Assembly (NCBI GenBank): GCA_028534125.1
Contig: CM052817.1
Span: 104,410,001 to 104,474,000 of the forward strand
Direction of reading: 5' to 3'
Length of the DNA: 64,000 bases
Source of the DNA: Lama glama
Lineage: Eukaryota
Shown here: positions 62,723 to 64,000 of the stretch, piece by piece
Layout: each line of letters starts with the position of its first letter
Position numbering within the stretch: position 1 is the stretch's first letter
Program-made: the position numbers and the translations under genes
The notes under the pieces: model-generated
Told to the model about the DNA's origin: nothing
Databases searched by the model: none
What the model saw: only the letters and a program-made list of their open reading frames with translations

Positions 62723-63487
62723 ATCTGCCGTCTTACATGACTTGTCAGAAGCGGCCTTTGAGCAAAGCACCCCTGTCACGGTGCTGGGCCCTGCTAGGAA
62801 GGAGTCTGGTCACAAATCAGTCAAACGGAGGCTGAGGAGGAGGAGGAGGAGGGTGGCGGACAGACACGAGTGTGCAGAAGAACGAGCCACAGGGAGGAGA
62901 AAGGATGTTCACCTCCAGATCTCCAGCCCTCGATGGAGGGAGACCGACACAGATTCGTCAGACTCCAGCACCGCAGACGAGAGTCACTGGATCCAGGCTA
63001 AGAGAGCAGCCCAAGTGAAGTTCCGCCTGGCACGAAGGAGGAGGAGAATTAGAAACAAACCAAGTGGCAACTTGGATGAGTCCTCTGCTGCTGGTGGAAT
63101 TGAGCCAGGAGATGTGGGATCCCAGGGTCAGGCGCCAGCCCGGCTGACGGAGGGGGAGAGCTCCTTAAGTCTCCGCAGGGGAGAAGGCACCAGGTACCAA
63201 GAATGCGGTCCTTCCCTGCTGGGAGGGGCCTCCGAGATGAAGAGACCCTCAAGGAGCCACGAGGGAAGCAAAGGCAGGTCCCGCCACCGGGGTCGTCAGC
63301 GCCTGCCTGGTCTTGGGCAAAGTGAAACAATCAAGAAAAGGTTTTCAGAGACAGATTCCAGCCCTGAAACACCAGCAGCGAAAGAAGGGGGCAAGTTTGT
63401 GGACGATGCTGGGTCCCAGGTGAATAACCCTGCCCAGAAGCCTCCCGCCGCCCACCAGGACGGGTCTGAGGATTTAGAAACGTGCAG
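62723..63487 (+). CDS. MARCHF1: MARCHF1 long cassette exon (765 nt, 255 codons; basic and Ser-rich, likely disordered insert ending ...EDLETC-R)
   Basis: Acceptor gctttgtctag|ATCT and donor TGCAG|gtcagt. Both ends are phase 2, the length is divisible by 3, and the frame is open (ORF 62610..63527). Motifs PARKESG, HLQISSPRWRE, DSSDSS, DESHWIQAKR, AQVKFRL and QVNNP.QKPPA match my recollection of the long MARCH1 isoform. Confidence 0.9.
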
Positions 63488-64000
63488 GTCAGTCACTGCA
63501 GAGAGAGACGTGGTGCCGTCTAGATAGATGGACATAGTTATGTGTGTGTGTCACCTGCCCTCCAACATAGCATTTATTCATACTGTTCTTGGTCTGATTG
63601 GATGCAAGGTGATTCAAGGAGAAAAGGGGAGGAGAAGAAGGATGCAGAGGTATCTGGGAGGAGGGGATTGAAAGCTGTTCCAGATTAGAATTAGATTCCC
63701 CCTCTTCCTCCTTTTAATTGCATAAGGATTTATGCTGGCCAAGGGAGTGACAAGCCAGTGTCACTTAGTGTCACCCTTAGACTCTTCAGTGCACATTTGA
63801 TGAACTGTTAGCACCCTGGCAGAGGATAGTAGACACTTGGACGTTTTAAGGTCAGATTTTTTTTTTTTTGTATCAGAAAAAAAATCTCTGCAGTTGGTGC
63901 TAATTTGTTCTCCAGTTGTCTGACTCAGCAGGGTAATTGGAGACTAAAAGGACACAGAAACAGGTCACAGCCATACCAGTGGGGTTGCTGGAGCCCCCAG

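Noticed and set aside
1..64000. tRNA, rRNA, snRNA, CRISPR arrays, prokaryotic or intact viral genes
   Set aside because: None recognised by eye; the sequence is mammalian intronic DNA. Small ncRNAs cannot be fully excluded without covariance-model searches.

Overview
Mammalian genomic DNA, AT-rich and repeat-rich, with two 500-N scaffold gaps (8171-8670, 51191-51690). The young L1 3' ends look cetartiodactyl, most like camelid, and I see no Alu, B1/B2, Bov-A, PRE-1 or Can-SINE. The only recognisable protein-coding sequence is MARCHF1 (MARCH1 RING-CH E3 ligase), on the + strand at the right end. It comprises the 80-nt exon ASSPTT...DICR (62363-62442), its 5'-extended form carrying the alternative N-terminus [18 protein letters not shown]..., and a 765-nt symmetric cassette exon (62723-63487). 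Most of the rest is probably the large upstream intron, filled with L1, L2, MIR, LTR and hAT relics. The most unusual unexplained feature is a 65-bp-arm inverted repeat at 43808-43956: 36 perfect base pairs, and 5 of its 6 arm differences are G:U wobbles on the + (pre-mRNA) strand. Also noted: two templated local-copy insertions inside L1s, two repeat-free motif-dense candidate regulatory islands, and a splice-donor hexamer exactly at the edge of the first gap. Repeat subfamily names come from recalled consensus motifs and their boundaries are approximate. I found no convincing wholly new multi-gene system.
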